DNA of 64,000 nucleotides from a virus: IMG/VR virus record IMGVR_UViG_3300045988_102159, positions 78,631 to 142,630 of that record; one strand, 5' to 3'. Shown piece by piece: positions 20,749 to 29,561 of this stretch (position 1 is its first letter; each line of letters starts with the position of its first letter). The notes under the pieces were generated by a model. It saw only the letters and a program-made list of their open reading frames with translations, ran no database searches and was not told where the DNA came from. The position numbers and the translations under genes were made by a program.

Positions 20749-20954
20749 CATAGCTGATTCATAAAATTATAGACTATATCATTTTCTCCGAAGAGAAACT
20801 TTCCGCTTCGCCGCATAAGCAGCTACTCCCTTTTAGGATAGTCGTTGAACTTATAAATTAGATGCTGATTGCCAATAGATGGTGTCCCAGCAGTTCAAAA
20901 AGTTAGTTTTTCAAGGTATCGCTACCAAGCAGGACAATCAATTCGTCCTTTTGC
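20749..20954 (-). mobile_element. group I intron (td-like, no ORF) in terminase large subunit gene
   Basis: Cores are TTGAACTGCTGGGACACC, GCAATCAGCATC, GTTCAACGACTATCC and GATATAGTCTA. P2 is GGTA-GCGA-TACC. The proposed guide sequence GTCCTGC pairs with exon GCAGAU. Boundaries are +/- a few nt. Confidence 0.65.
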
Positions 20955-21293
20955 ATCTGCTACTGTAATCAAAGTTGAACCAGGATAAAGAATTGCCTTA
21001 ACCATGAGAGACAAAACAGCCATAAAGGATTTAGAAAATCCTCGACTAAATACTTCATAAACAGTCCTATATCGCATATTAATGCGAAGAATCATACGCT
21101 GAGTTGGATAAAATTGAAATTTATTATTAGGGTTGAGTGAAGCCATATAATCCACAAACTTATCTGGATACATACGCCAATAGGCAATGATACGTTGATA
21201 TTTATCTAGATTATCTTCAATCTTCTTTGGGTCAATCTCGGCAACGCTTTTCTTATCATGTGCCGCAATTTTCAATAAATTACTCAACGCCAT
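20955..21293 (-). CDS. terL: terminase large subunit, exon 1
   Basis: Starts MALSNLL at 21293, overlapping the upstream stop. It has a Walker-A-like SRGFSKSF and ends ...STLITVAD before the intron. Confidence 0.65.
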
Positions 21294-22794
21294 ATTGCTC
21301 TGCCAATCTCTTAGCTTCTTCTTCACGTTCCTCAATCTGGAACTGCTGGAAGTCCGCAGCTTCTTCATCAGTGATCGCATTATCTTCATCGGTCTTGATG
21401 CCCTCTGCGATAATTTCATCTACACTCTTGGTCTTATTCTCTTCAAGTTTCTTGATATAAGATTCGATAAGATTTCCTAGACCAAGCTCGTTCTTAACTA
21501 GATTGTCTGTATAGTTCTTCATATCATTGATGATAAAATCAATCTTATCTTGCGGCACATTGATTGGGTCATCTTGTCTTGGGATAATACCACCCTTGGA
21601 CTCTACGAACGCAACAAGCTCTCCAATCGAGTCAATGTCTCTCTTCTTCTCTTCCTGCTTCTGAGAATCGGTGAATTTGCCTGACTTACGCAACATATCA
21701 TTGGCTCCCTGTAAGTCTTTAAAGGTCTTAATGTCACCTACATCTAAGGCTTGATTCATCTTTAGGTCTGTCTTACAGATATTCTTTAATACCTGTTCAC
21801 GGTCTGTAGACAACTCATAGTCTGCCGCATACTTCTGATATAGTTCTTCCATCTTAACCCACTCAGATGGCTTATAGAGAAGACCCCATTTAAGAGAAAG
21901 ATATTTAATATCATCTTCTGTAAGGCTTTCTGTAATCTGCGCTTCATCAATACGCGCAACATCTGGGATAAATTCATTCTGCATTTCGCCAGTAATGTCT
22001 AATGGCGCATTATTGATATTTTCTACAGGGTTCACACCAAGAGAAGAAGCAACATCAGGTATGAGGTCAAGCACTTGCGGCTCAGGCTCTTCTGTTTCTT
22101 TTGGTTGCTCTTTTTTCTTCTCCTTTTCAGCTTTCTTGGCTAAAAATTCCTGCTCAACATCTTTTGCCGCGCTGATAACATCTTCATTCTTTTTTATTTC
22201 TTCTGAACTAACTGTATTTTCAGGAACTTCAAGTTCTTTCTTATCAAGTACGCTGTCAGGATTGCTAGCAACCTCTTCCTCGCCTTGCCGCATCTTCTCA
22301 TTGATACGGTCTAAGACACTTTTGCGACTCATGGTATTGTATTCAGCTTGTGAAATCTCGCCAGCTTTAAGACTTTCCAAGAGTCTGTTCTCAAACTCTT
22401 CATCATATGATGTGCCTTTGATGTTCTGTTGCTCTTTCCTAGCTTGCTGGAATTTCTCATTATTAATTCGCTCAGAATCCGCATACGTTAGATTCTTATA
22501 TTGTTCCATATTCATAGTGCGAAGATATGTGCCGATAACCGACATAGGACCAAATGTGGCAGGGTTTTTCATATAGCTTTTATTTGCTAATTCAACCCAT
22601 TTCTTCTCAACATACGGCACGTCCATCTTCTTTAAAATCCATTTGAATGTATCTGGACGGCGATTGTCAATATACATCGTTAGGCAAGTCTTACAAAGGT
22701 CACATCTTTCATCTTTATTAGGTATCTTATAGAAATCTGTTTCCTTTTTTGTCTTGCCGCATTTCGCGCATGTTTTCATAGGTACGTCTGCCAT
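21280..22794 (-). CDS. hypothetical protein with N-terminal CxxC...CxxC zinc ribbon and acidic coiled-coil body
   Basis: Start trimmed to MADVPMKTCAKCGKTKK (AAAGGAGA RBS). 504 aa. Confidence 0.65.
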   Translation of the reverse strand: MADVPMKTCAKCGKTKKETDFYKIPNKDERCDLCKTCLTMYIDNRRPDTFKWILKKMDVPYVEKKWVELANKSYMKNPATFGPMSVIGTYLRTMNMEQYKNLTYADSERINNEKFQQARKEQQNIKGTSYDEEFENRLLESLKAGEISQAEYNTMSRKSVLDRINEKMRQGEEEVASNPDSVLDKKELEVPENTVSSEEIKKNEDVISAAKDVEQEFLAKKAEKEKKKEQPKETEEPEPQVLDLIPDVASSLGVNPVENINNAPLDITGEMQNEFIPDVARIDEAQITESLTEDDIKYLSLKWGLLYKPSEWVKMEELYQKYAADYELSTDREQVLKNICKTDLKMNQALDVGDIKTFKDLQGANDMLRKSGKFTDSQKQEEKKRDIDSIGELVAFVESKGGIIPRQDDPINVPQDKIDFIINDMKNYTDNLVKNELGLGNLIESYIKKLEENKTKSVDEIIAEGIKTDEDNAITDEEAADFQQFQIEEREEEAKRLAEQYGVE

Positions 22795-22857
22795 AAGTCT
22801 CCTTTCTATACAAGAAACCCACTCCATCCAAGAGAAGGAAGAAGTGGGTCAGTAATA

Positions 22858-23946
22858 TTATTTCTTTTTAGATTTGCGGCACTCACGACATGTAGAATAG
22901 AAGCCATCTTTCGCGGAATTATTCTTTGAGAAGAATAAAGGATGTGCCAACTTGGTCTTTCCGCATTTGCCGCACTTTTTCCATTGTCCATATTCCACAT
23001 TTGTGTAATACCACATAACATAATTCTTTTGAGCCTGTTCCGCAATCATCTTTGGAATCTTTTTACGCCATAGCGTTGAAAAATATTGTGCTGTATGTGA
23101 AACACCATATTCAGCTTCCATCATGCCGCATATCTCATCATTCGATTTTCCATCAATCTTCCATATTAAAAGGTCATACAGCATAGATGTTGTTTGGTCT
23201 TTAGATTTAAAGGTCTGTTCAATTAAATTCTCAAGGTCTAGAAGCTCCCAATGCATATCACAATTAAGGTCAGTATAGCATTCCTGCTTGATTGATGAAT
23301 AATATGTTAGTAAGAATGAAATGTGGACTGGGTTGAATAATGAAATAACTCCATCGGATACAGGATAACCACGTGAATCGAAATAAATCTTCTCAGACAA
23401 GTCCATATGCGCCATGTTCTTTAGCTGCGCTGAAACCTTCGACTTTGCGGGCCAGCCCTTGACTGATTGCTTTAGTAAATACATTTGCTGATATGTCTCG
23501 ATAATCTGCTTTTTCAGGTAATAACGTTGCTTACCAGTAGCAGAAAGAAATTGTCGTTTTAGTGATGTGATGATAGAATCGAATTCCTGCATACCTGGGA
23601 TATTCTCTAAGTCATCTTCTGAGATAGTATCTTTATTATCTAGTATTTGATTCTTATCGTTATTGACGAGTGCGTAGATGCCATCCTCGCCATTCTCCAT
23701 ATTTTCAACCATTTCCTCAAAAGAAATCTGTCGTTTGTTTACTGTTGCTTCTCTATTCTTTGTGATAATACTACGTTCTTTTTTCTTTTCCTTTTTGGTT
23801 TGATTTCTGTCTGCGGCAAAGAGCAAATAATCTGTCATAACACGCAGATAATTTGCATCTAGATTCTCTTGAGAAGTGGTTTCAATGGTTTCCCGCACAC
23901 ATTTAAGTCGTTCTTCCTGTGTCTTCAATGTGTAATCAAGTGCCAT
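22858..23946 (-). CDS. hypothetical protein with C-terminal CxxC...CxxC zinc ribbon; first gene of late operon
   Basis: 362 aa with an AAAAGGAGAA RBS. The C-terminus reads KCGKCGKTKLAHPLFF...YSTCRECRK. Confidence 0.65.
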   Translation of the reverse strand: MALDYTLKTQEERLKCVRETIETTSQENLDANYLRVMTDYLLFAADRNQTKKEKKKERSIITKNREATVNKRQISFEEMVENMENGEDGIYALVNNDKNQILDNKDTISEDDLENIPGMQEFDSIITSLKRQFLSATGKQRYYLKKQIIETYQQMYLLKQSVKGWPAKSKVSAQLKNMAHMDLSEKIYFDSRGYPVSDGVISLFNPVHISFLLTYYSSIKQECYTDLNCDMHWELLDLENLIEQTFKSKDQTTSMLYDLLIWKIDGKSNDEICGMMEAEYGVSHTAQYFSTLWRKKIPKMIAEQAQKNYVMWYYTNVEYGQWKKCGKCGKTKLAHPLFFSKNNSAKDGFYSTCRECRKSKKK

Positions 23947-23986
23947 ATCTTTACTTCTCCTTTTCTATTGGTTTTATTGCAACTAT

Positions 23987-23995
23987 ATTATACCA
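23987..23995 (-). promoter_or_regulatory. extended -10 (TGGTATAAT) candidate late promoter
   Basis: Minus strand reads tgTGGTATAATatagttgc. The only TTGACA (24019-24024) lies 26 nt upstream, which is non-canonical spacing. Confidence 0.4.
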
Positions 23996-24083
23996 CAAAA
24001 AAGTATGAAGTGCAAGTTTGTCAAGAAAAAATTTTAAATATTTTAAAAATTTTTTCTATGTATATTATATTTAAGTATGCGGC

Positions 24084-24151
24084 AAATGTGATTACCGTTT
24101 TTTGCCCATAAAATGATTACACTCGCTAGTTTGCTCCTAAAATGATTACAC
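24084..24151. repeat. three direct copies of AAATG(T)GATTAC(A/C)C
   Basis: Copies at 24084, 24110 and 24138, in an ORF-free tract. Confidence 0.6.
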
Positions 24152-24866
24152 CTACGATTGGCCGCATCAGTAGTGCTGTTATAAGTTGCCGCTCGCTTCG
24201 CTGCCCTCAGCGAGCGCAACGGCAGACTATTTGTTTTTTCTATTGGAAAAAACTTGAGCGTAGCGAAAGTTTATAGCGAATGGCGCTACGTAGTAGCGAC
24301 AATCGCCTAGTGCTGTATTGGATATACTTAAAATGGATAGAGATGTACCTATAAAGATGTATAGAAAATTCTGCACGATTACCCATGCTCACTCTCCCCT
24401 TGCATGAAACCTATTGGATGTGCTACTTTTCTAAGAGTATCCTATCCCCTCTGTATGCGGCACGGTAGAGATACCGTTCGTCTCCTGTAAACTAATAAAC
24501 CAACGCAAGACCGCTTGGCTACAGAAATATTCTACTGCAAGTGAGAGTACATCCATACTTCTCACGGCAGAATAAATCTGTAACGTTTAAGACCCAGCTA
24601 TTCACCTCATTGGGGATTTTTGATTTAGGATAGCTCCTAAGCCGACTGGGAACGGCGCTATGGTTAGTTTAAAATGTATTATAATAGATAATTAGATATT
24701 TGTCAATATCTTTTTCTATTGGCTTATGAGGAACTATCGTCCCTCTCTTGGGTTTTTATTCTAGCATATTTTTTTTGAAAAGTCAATGGTTTTGTGAAAA
24801 TTTTTTTATGCGGACAATGCCATAATCGGAAATACCAAGAAAGCCAATAGAGGAAATAAATAAGAA

Positions 24867-24985
24867 AGGTATTTCATTTTATGGAATTTGAAAAATCCTC
24901 TTAGGTCGTATTTTGGTATTTGAAAAAATGATTTTGGTCGGTATTTTGGTATTTCAAAAAATAACTGAGGTCGGTAATTTGTGCA
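24867..24985. repeat. ~33-bp tandem direct repeats (GGTCGGTATTTTGGTATTTSAAAAAAT), 3-4 units
   Basis: Units start near 24867 (degenerate), 24903, 24936 and 24969 (partial). Confidence 0.7.
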
Positions 24986-25025
24986 GGGCGGGGCGTGCCT
25001 GGCCAAAAACCGGACAAAAACCTAA

Positions 25026-25054
25026 AACAGACCCCCGGGCACGCTTGCCCGGGG
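25026..25054 (-). terminator. GC-rich hairpin terminator (bidirectional shape)
   Basis: CCCCGGGC-acgctt-GCCCGGGG with T/A runs on both sides. Confidence 0.6.
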
Positions 25055-25063
25055 CGTCTTTTA

Positions 25064-25429
25064 TTATTTCAGTAGCTTAGCGTCCGCGAGTCGGTCAAGC
25101 GCTTCCCCCACGTGCGCTGAATAATCGAAGCTCCATCCACCTATGAGCGCATCGGCGAACGTCTCCACGGTGTCACTGTCGAACGTCTCTAAGTCGTTGA
25201 CAAGACGCGCGGCAATGGCTGCAACCGTGCTATCAGATACCGGCCTACGGCCCTCAAACGCCACAGACAGCGCGCTAACGGTTGCGCCGTCCCTAATAGC
25301 CGTGAGCGTCAAAACCTCACCGTGAGCGGCCGCACAGACGGCGAGAACGTGGCCCGCGTTGGTCGATGTGCGAGCGATGCAAACAGGACGATTAGAGCGG
25401 GCAAGCAGGCGGACGGTAGACTTTTTCAT
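25064..25429 (-). CDS. hypothetical protein (GC-rich, Ala/Arg-rich)
   Basis: 121-aa ORF with AGGAG RBS. Its composition is unlike the rest of the phage. Confidence 0.55.
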   Translation of the reverse strand: MKKSTVRLLARSNRPVCIARTSTNAGHVLAVCAAAHGEVLTLTAIRDGATVSALSVAFEGRRPVSDSTVAAIAARLVNDLETFDSDTVETFADALIGGWSFDYSAHVGEALDRLADAKLLK

Positions 25430-25607
25430 GTTTAGGCTCCTAACCTAGAATCGAGCGCGGGCGGTATTGCCCGCTATGGATAGTATAGGGCAAAACTTTA
25501 TCTGATGCAATAGAAACTTTAGCTAGACAACGGGATGGTTTTGACCTATACTATACAGCGTAGCGGGGATATAGGGTCGCCCGCGCGTAGAAGGTCAGGA
25601 GGACTCA

Positions 25608-25913
25608 ATGCTTTTCATGGATTATGATAGCGTCAAGTTCAAGGATTACGTCAAGAGTTTTTGCATCATCCCGCGCGTTCGTAACGGCGCTGCCGAGTTT
25701 ACACTACTTGTGCAGCTGGTGAACAACGAGCGCACAGAAGTTTACGACGACACTTACAAAGACCCGTGCGACCTGCTGCATGACCTCCGCAACGGCTGGT
25801 ATCTGGGCCGAGGGATGCAGGAGCCAGCATACTATGAGGCCGTCCGAGACCTCACGGCATACGTGGACGGACTAGCAGATGCTGGATTAAACGTTGCTCG
25901 TATAGACAGATAA
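25608..25913 (+). CDS. hypothetical protein
   Basis: 101 aa with a CAGGAGGA RBS, followed by a terminator. Confidence 0.6.
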   Translation: MLFMDYDSVKFKDYVKSFCIIPRVRNGAAEFTLLVQLVNNERTEVYDDTYKDPCDLLHDLRNGWYLGRGMQEPAYYEAVRDLTAYVDGLADAGLNVARIDR

Positions 25914-25920
25914 TCAACGA

Positions 25921-25951
25921 GGACCGGGGTTAAAACCCGGTCCGTTTTTTT
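25921..25951 (+). terminator. intrinsic terminator
   Basis: GGACCGGG-loop-CCCGGTCC followed by T7. Confidence 0.75.
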
Positions 25952-26208
25952 AGGTAACGTAAAACCTAAAGGGTGGGGATGATTCCACTAACTCGAATTA
26001 TGTTTTTTTTGGTGTAAAATTGCAATTCTCGACCTCAACCCAATAGCTTTGTGCTAGACCGAACAAACGTTCGGTTGTTGACGCATCAACATCGAACAGA
26101 CGTTCGGGGTGTCGGTAATTCCGTGGTCGGGACTTTGCCTTGTCACGCTCACATATGGCAAAAATTTCATGATTTTGGCCTATATTGCCAACAGCCCCTG
26201 AATCCTGA

Positions 26209-26237
26209 TTGTCATATAAAGCAAACTATGATATGCT
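26209..26237 (+). promoter_or_regulatory. sigma-70-like promoter TTGTCA-N17-TATGCT
   Basis: Read directly; lies upstream of 26275 CDS. Confidence 0.4.
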
Positions 26238-26274
26238 TTCAAGTAAAGAAAAGCCCAATAGAAGGGATATAGAA

Positions 26275-26589
26275 ATGGGTGAAAACATTCAGATAGAACT
26301 TACTAACGGTGAGGTTCTAGAAATTGATGAGTTCGATTTAGACGCGTTGGCACTGCAAGCTAAGTATCGTATGGCTTCTCGCCCGTGGTCACAGAACGGC
26401 TATGACCTTTATTGTACGTGCAAAGATACGTTCGTCGATTATTTTGAGGTTCGCGTAACGAATGAAACTACAATCGAGGTCGAGAGTAAATGTTGGGGTG
26501 ACGCAGTAGAGTATATAGCAAAAAATAGCTTAGATGCTAATCGAATGGCATTAGCTTTGATGCAACGTATCGACATAATAATAGAGTAA
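26275..26589 (+). CDS. hypothetical protein
   Basis: Start trimmed to MGENIQIEL (GAAGGGA RBS). Confidence 0.55.
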   Translation: MGENIQIELTNGEVLEIDEFDLDALALQAKYRMASRPWSQNGYDLYCTCKDTFVDYFEVRVTNETTIEVESKCWGDAVEYIAKNSLDANRMALALMQRIDIIIE

Positions 26590-26700
26590 AGTAAAGGCGT
26601 TGCCGCAAGTGGTAGCGCCTTTATTATTGTCTATCTCATGCGGAACAATCCAAGAGACAAAAGAGTATCAATACAAACATAAATAGTCGAAACTTTTTAG

Positions 26701-26729
26701 TTGCGCTCATGCGGCCAAAGTGCTATACT
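26701..26729 (+). promoter_or_regulatory. promoter TTGCGC-N17-TATACT with CCAAGAGAAAGGA leader
   Basis: Read directly. The leader motif is the same as in right-arm genes. Confidence 0.5.
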
Positions 26730-26766
26730 TTCAGTAAGGAAACTAACCAAGAGAAAGGATACAACA

Positions 26767-27075
26767 ATGGGCTATGATACGTATGAGCTTTGGTTTAATT
26801 GTTGTAGCTGTCTACTTATTCAAGAAGAAGAATTGGAAACAATTGCAGAACAGGTAAAGGACTATACAAACAAGCACCCATATGATAATACTATTTCTGA
26901 TATTTATGACACTACCCAAAATATACTGCAAGAGTTTTTAGAAAAGCAGATGACCGAAGTAATGCTTTCATCTGGAGATGAAAGTAAGATAGAATATAAT
27001 GCTGCGATTAGCCGAGATGATGAAACATTTTTGATATTTAAAGTATTAGACAAGATAAATGTTACTATTGAATAG
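26767..27075 (+). CDS. hypothetical protein
   Basis: Start trimmed to MGYDTYELW (GAGAAAGGA RBS). Confidence 0.55.
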   Translation: MGYDTYELWFNCCSCLLIQEEELETIAEQVKDYTNKHPYDNTISDIYDTTQNILQEFLEKQMTEVMLSSGDESKIEYNAAISRDDETFLIFKVLDKINVTIE

Positions 27076-27181
27076 ATTAAAACAAGGCGTTACTAAATAG
27101 TAGCGCCTTTATTTTGTTTAGAATAATTAAAGCACTTGCCGCAAACACTATAGTTCTTTAGTCTCATGATATGCGGCCTAT

Positions 27182-27195
27182 GTTTCACGTGAAAC
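27182..27195. repeat. palindrome GTTTCACGTGAAAC (copy 1 of 4)
   Basis: Perfect 14-bp palindrome. Confidence 0.9.
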
Positions 27196-27325
27196 GTTAA
27201 TAGCATCCTGAAACCATAACCAAGTGCCGCATAGTCAAGCAACTGTTTTAGTTGCTTTTGGTCTGATGCAACTGTTTTAGTTGCTCTTCTGGTTGACCAT
27301 GCAAAAAGGGCGAAGCCCACAAAAA

Positions 27326-27373
27326 GGCCATTTATGGCCGCGAAATTATACACCATGCGTACAGCTTTGTCAA
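27326..27373 (-). promoter_or_regulatory. orphan consensus promoter (TTGACA-N17-TATAAT) running into hairpin GGCCATAAATGGCC-T5
   Basis: -35 at 27368-27373, -10 at 27345-27350, hairpin at 27326-27339. No ORF follows. Confidence 0.6.
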
Positions 27374-27510
27374 GAGTTTTTGACGAGATTTTTCAAAACT
27401 TTTTTCTCCACACAGTGCCCACAATCCCGAAACTGGGCATACTTTTGCATTCCATCGCATGGGACAAAAGCAGGTCTATTTTAAATTGCCGTCTTTTTTG
27501 CTTTTGCGCT

Positions 27511-27637
27511 GAAAATGACTTTTAATCTGATTTTGAAATTGAATCTGAAAATGATTTCTGATTTGAAAATTGATTTTGAATCTGATTTTCAATTTGATTT
27601 TGAATCTGATTTTCAATTTGATTTTGAATCTGAAAAT
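27511..27637. repeat. phased A/T-tract tandem repeats (GATTTTGAATCTGATTTTCAATTT, ~11-12-bp phasing)
   Basis: About five 24-bp units read directly. Confidence 0.8.
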
Positions 27638-27651
27638 GTTTCACGTGAAAC
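27638..27651. repeat. palindrome GTTTCACGTGAAAC (copy 2)
   Basis: Perfect palindrome. Confidence 0.9.
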
Positions 27652-27685
27652 GCAAGCGCGCCGTAGGCGAAACTTAATCACAAAA

Positions 27686-27733
27686 GCCCATTTATGGGCA
27701 GAAAATTGTACTACCGCGATTTAGTTTTGTCAA
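27686..27733 (-). promoter_or_regulatory. orphan consensus promoter (TTGACA-N17-TACAAT) + hairpin GCCCATAAATGGGC-T4
   Basis: -35 at 27728-27733, -10 at 27705-27710, hairpin at 27686-27699. Confidence 0.6.
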
Positions 27734-27778
27734 GAACTTTTTTCAAAAAATTTTTTGGCGCACTTGCCGCCCGAGTCC

Positions 27779-27803
27779 AAAAAAAGGCTCCCCGAGGGGA
27801 GCC
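27779..27803 (-). terminator. intrinsic terminator
   Basis: GGCTCCCC/GGGGAGCC hairpin followed by T7 on the minus strand. Confidence 0.7.
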
Positions 27804-27812
27804 TAGCCGAAC

Positions 27813-28004
27813 TTATGAAAATTGCTCTATGTTCTGGTCGATTACATTACGGATGGTGGTTAGCGCTTCAAGTATTTCGTCCTTCTGCTTTTGGATTATC
27901 TCGCGCTCGCGGTCGCTTTTGGCGTTAGCGTAGTTCGCCTGAGCCGAGTAAAGCATCCCGAGAAGGTCGAGGGTAGGCAGGCTTGCGAGGTTTTTGTCGA
28001 TCAT
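27813..28004 (-). CDS. hypothetical small protein
   Basis: Start trimmed to MIDKNLASL (AAAGGAG RBS). It has its own TTGCGC-N18-TATACT promoter and a terminator. Confidence 0.6.
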   Translation of the reverse strand: MIDKNLASLPTLDLLGMLYSAQANYANAKSDREREIIQKQKDEILEALTTIRNVIDQNIEQFS

Positions 28005-28197
28005 TTGAAACTCCTTTAGTTTGTTCTTCCCAACTGACAAGGTCAGTATACACCTGCTAGGGCATGGTGCGCAATAGTTATTTTGAAAAAAGTTTCCCCA
28101 AAAGCAAAAAAGTTTTTAGAAAAAAGTTCTTGCGCTCGGTATAATGTTCCCTTATACTATAGTTGTAACGCAAGGAGCTAACCCAAAGGAGTTGCCA

Positions 28198-28380
28198 ATG
28201 TTCAAGAACAGCACAATGGCAAAGTGGTATGATATTGTCGAGGTCATTGCATGGATTGTCTATGCCGCAACATTCGTCTGGTTCCTGCTCACGGATGCGA
28301 ACGCTGCTGTAAATGCTAACTTATTAGCGGCTGCGTGGGCGTTTCCCATGCAAATGTACCGCGCCTATTGGAATTTGTAG
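28198..28380 (+). CDS. small membrane protein
   Basis: Starts MFKNSTMAKW with an AAAGGAG RBS and has one or two hydrophobic helices. Confidence 0.55.
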   Translation: MFKNSTMAKWYDIVEVIAWIVYAATFVWFLLTDANAAVNANLLAAAWAFPMQMYRAYWNL

Positions 28381-28457
28381 AAAATATGGCGGTTGCAATA
28401 ACCGCCATAATCTGATAGAATAATAAGCGTAGCGAAGCAACAAGGAAAGGAAATACT

Positions 28458-28928
28458 ATGTGCAACATTGACAAGACCATCAAGGAGCTGAACACGGCTC
28501 TGGTTCTGCTTGACGCTTTTGGTGATGGGCATGAGTTCACTATGCACCATTATGAGGAACTTGCCGCAACCGCCAACGAGCTTTTTGGTGGTCGTTACAG
28601 CGATTCAAACGTTTGCTATAGTGTTAGTTGGGTTCGCAAGCATCTAAACTATTTCGGCATTCATAAGACTGGTTCGCGTGAGATTGAAGTTATTAGTTCT
28701 CACAAAGTTTACAAGAGTGTTTATAGTGACTTTTTTAAGGGTATATACGATGGGAACAAAATTGATACTAAAACCGTTGAGCAATTCATTTACCGCATGG
28801 ATGCAGTAGAGGACTGCAAGAACTTTATCAAGCGTCGCAAGGATGAAATTCGTTGTGAAATGGATAGAATAGAAGCGACCATCGAGCGCGACAAGCAGCG
28901 TCTTGAAACACTCAAGAAAATGCTTTAG
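28458..28928 (+). CDS. hypothetical protein
   Basis: 156 aa with AAGGAAAGGAA RBS and a terminator downstream. Confidence 0.65.
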   Translation: MCNIDKTIKELNTALVLLDAFGDGHEFTMHHYEELAATANELFGGRYSDSNVCYSVSWVRKHLNYFGIHKTGSREIEVISSHKVYKSVYSDFFKGIYDGNKIDTKTVEQFIYRMDAVEDCKNFIKRRKDEIRCEMDRIEATIERDKQRLETLKKML

Positions 28929-28937
28929 CAGATAGCA

Positions 28938-28970
28938 AAACCGTCCATCTGAAAAGGTGGGCGGTTTATT
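28938..28970 (+). terminator. intrinsic terminator
   Basis: ACCGTCCATC / GGTGGGCGGT stem followed by TTTATT. Confidence 0.6.
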
Positions 28971-28984
28971 GTTTCACGTGAAAC
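28971..28984. repeat. palindrome GTTTCACGTGAAAC (copy 3)
   Basis: Perfect palindrome. Confidence 0.9.
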
Positions 28985-29006
28985 GTTAAAGCACGCACAC
29001 TCAAAA

Positions 29007-29054
29007 GCCCATAGTTGGGCAGAAAATTATACACGAGTACAAAACGTTTGTCAA
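29007..29054 (-). promoter_or_regulatory. orphan consensus promoter (TTGACA-N17-TATAAT) + hairpin GCCCAACTATGGGC-T4
   Basis: -35 at 29049-29054, -10 at 29026-29031, hairpin at 29007-29020. Confidence 0.6.
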
Positions 29055-29120
29055 GCGTTAAATTGAAAAAACTTGAGAAAAATAAAAATAATTTTATCCC
29101 AAAATAATTAGGTTTTTCGC

Positions 29121-29148
29121 TTGCGCTCACACGCAAAGCGTGTATAAT
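29121..29148 (+). promoter_or_regulatory. promoter TTGCGC-N16-TATAAT
   Basis: Read directly; lies upstream of the 34-aa ORF. Confidence 0.45.
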
Positions 29149-29188
29149 AATAGCTGTAAGCAAGCAAGGAACAGAAAGGACTTGCAAA

Positions 29189-29293
29189 ATGTTTGAAACC
29201 ATGAACCCCAACAGCCCGTACTTCTCTGATTACATTGATGAGCTTGAAGCCTACTACCCGGACGAACCTATGGAATTCGATTTTGAGGACTAG
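29189..29293 (+). CDS. 34-aa acidic peptide (below ORF-track cutoff)
   Basis: Reads MFETMNPNSPYFSDYIDELEAYYPDEPMEFDFED. It has an RBS, a promoter and a downstream hairpin. Confidence 0.45.
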   Translation: MFETMNPNSPYFSDYIDELEAYYPDEPMEFDFED

Positions 29294-29561
29294 GACAAGT
29301 AACCAACATAAAGCCCGCCCGAAAAGGGTGGGCTACCTTTTACAAGAAAGGCTAAAGTATGGGCGATTTTGAAAATTGCAATTCTTATGCGGAAGTGTGC
29401 GCTTGTATTCTAGGTAAGTTCGTAGGGCTTGCTGCCAAATACAGCATCTTTTGGTGGGTAGGTAAAATAATCCTAGGACTATAAAAATTAGGCGGATTGG
29501 GTATCCTAATCCGCCTTTTTATGTTATACTTGGGTCGTAGACCAAGAGAAGGGATAGAATA

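Noticed and set aside
21995-22576. A 193-aa plus-strand ORF, and many other 60-160-aa ORFs antisense to long minus-strand genes (for example 9909..10187, 13874..14212, 58149..58778, 44007..44486).
   Set aside because: They are low-complexity Ser/Phe/Leu-rich translations with no RBS, and lie wholly inside better ORFs on the other strand. They are typical shadow ORFs.
24806-25006. A 66-aa minus ORF. Also ORFs 27093..27356, 27515..27724, 28966..29211, 29385..29663 and 34745..34975 in the central noncoding tracts.
   Set aside because: They run through tandem repeats, palindromes, terminators or promoter elements, and they lack RBSs.
27511-27637. Could the tandem repeats be a CRISPR array?
   Set aside because: The units are contiguous (~24 bp) with no unique spacers, are AT-rich and phased, and no cas genes are present.
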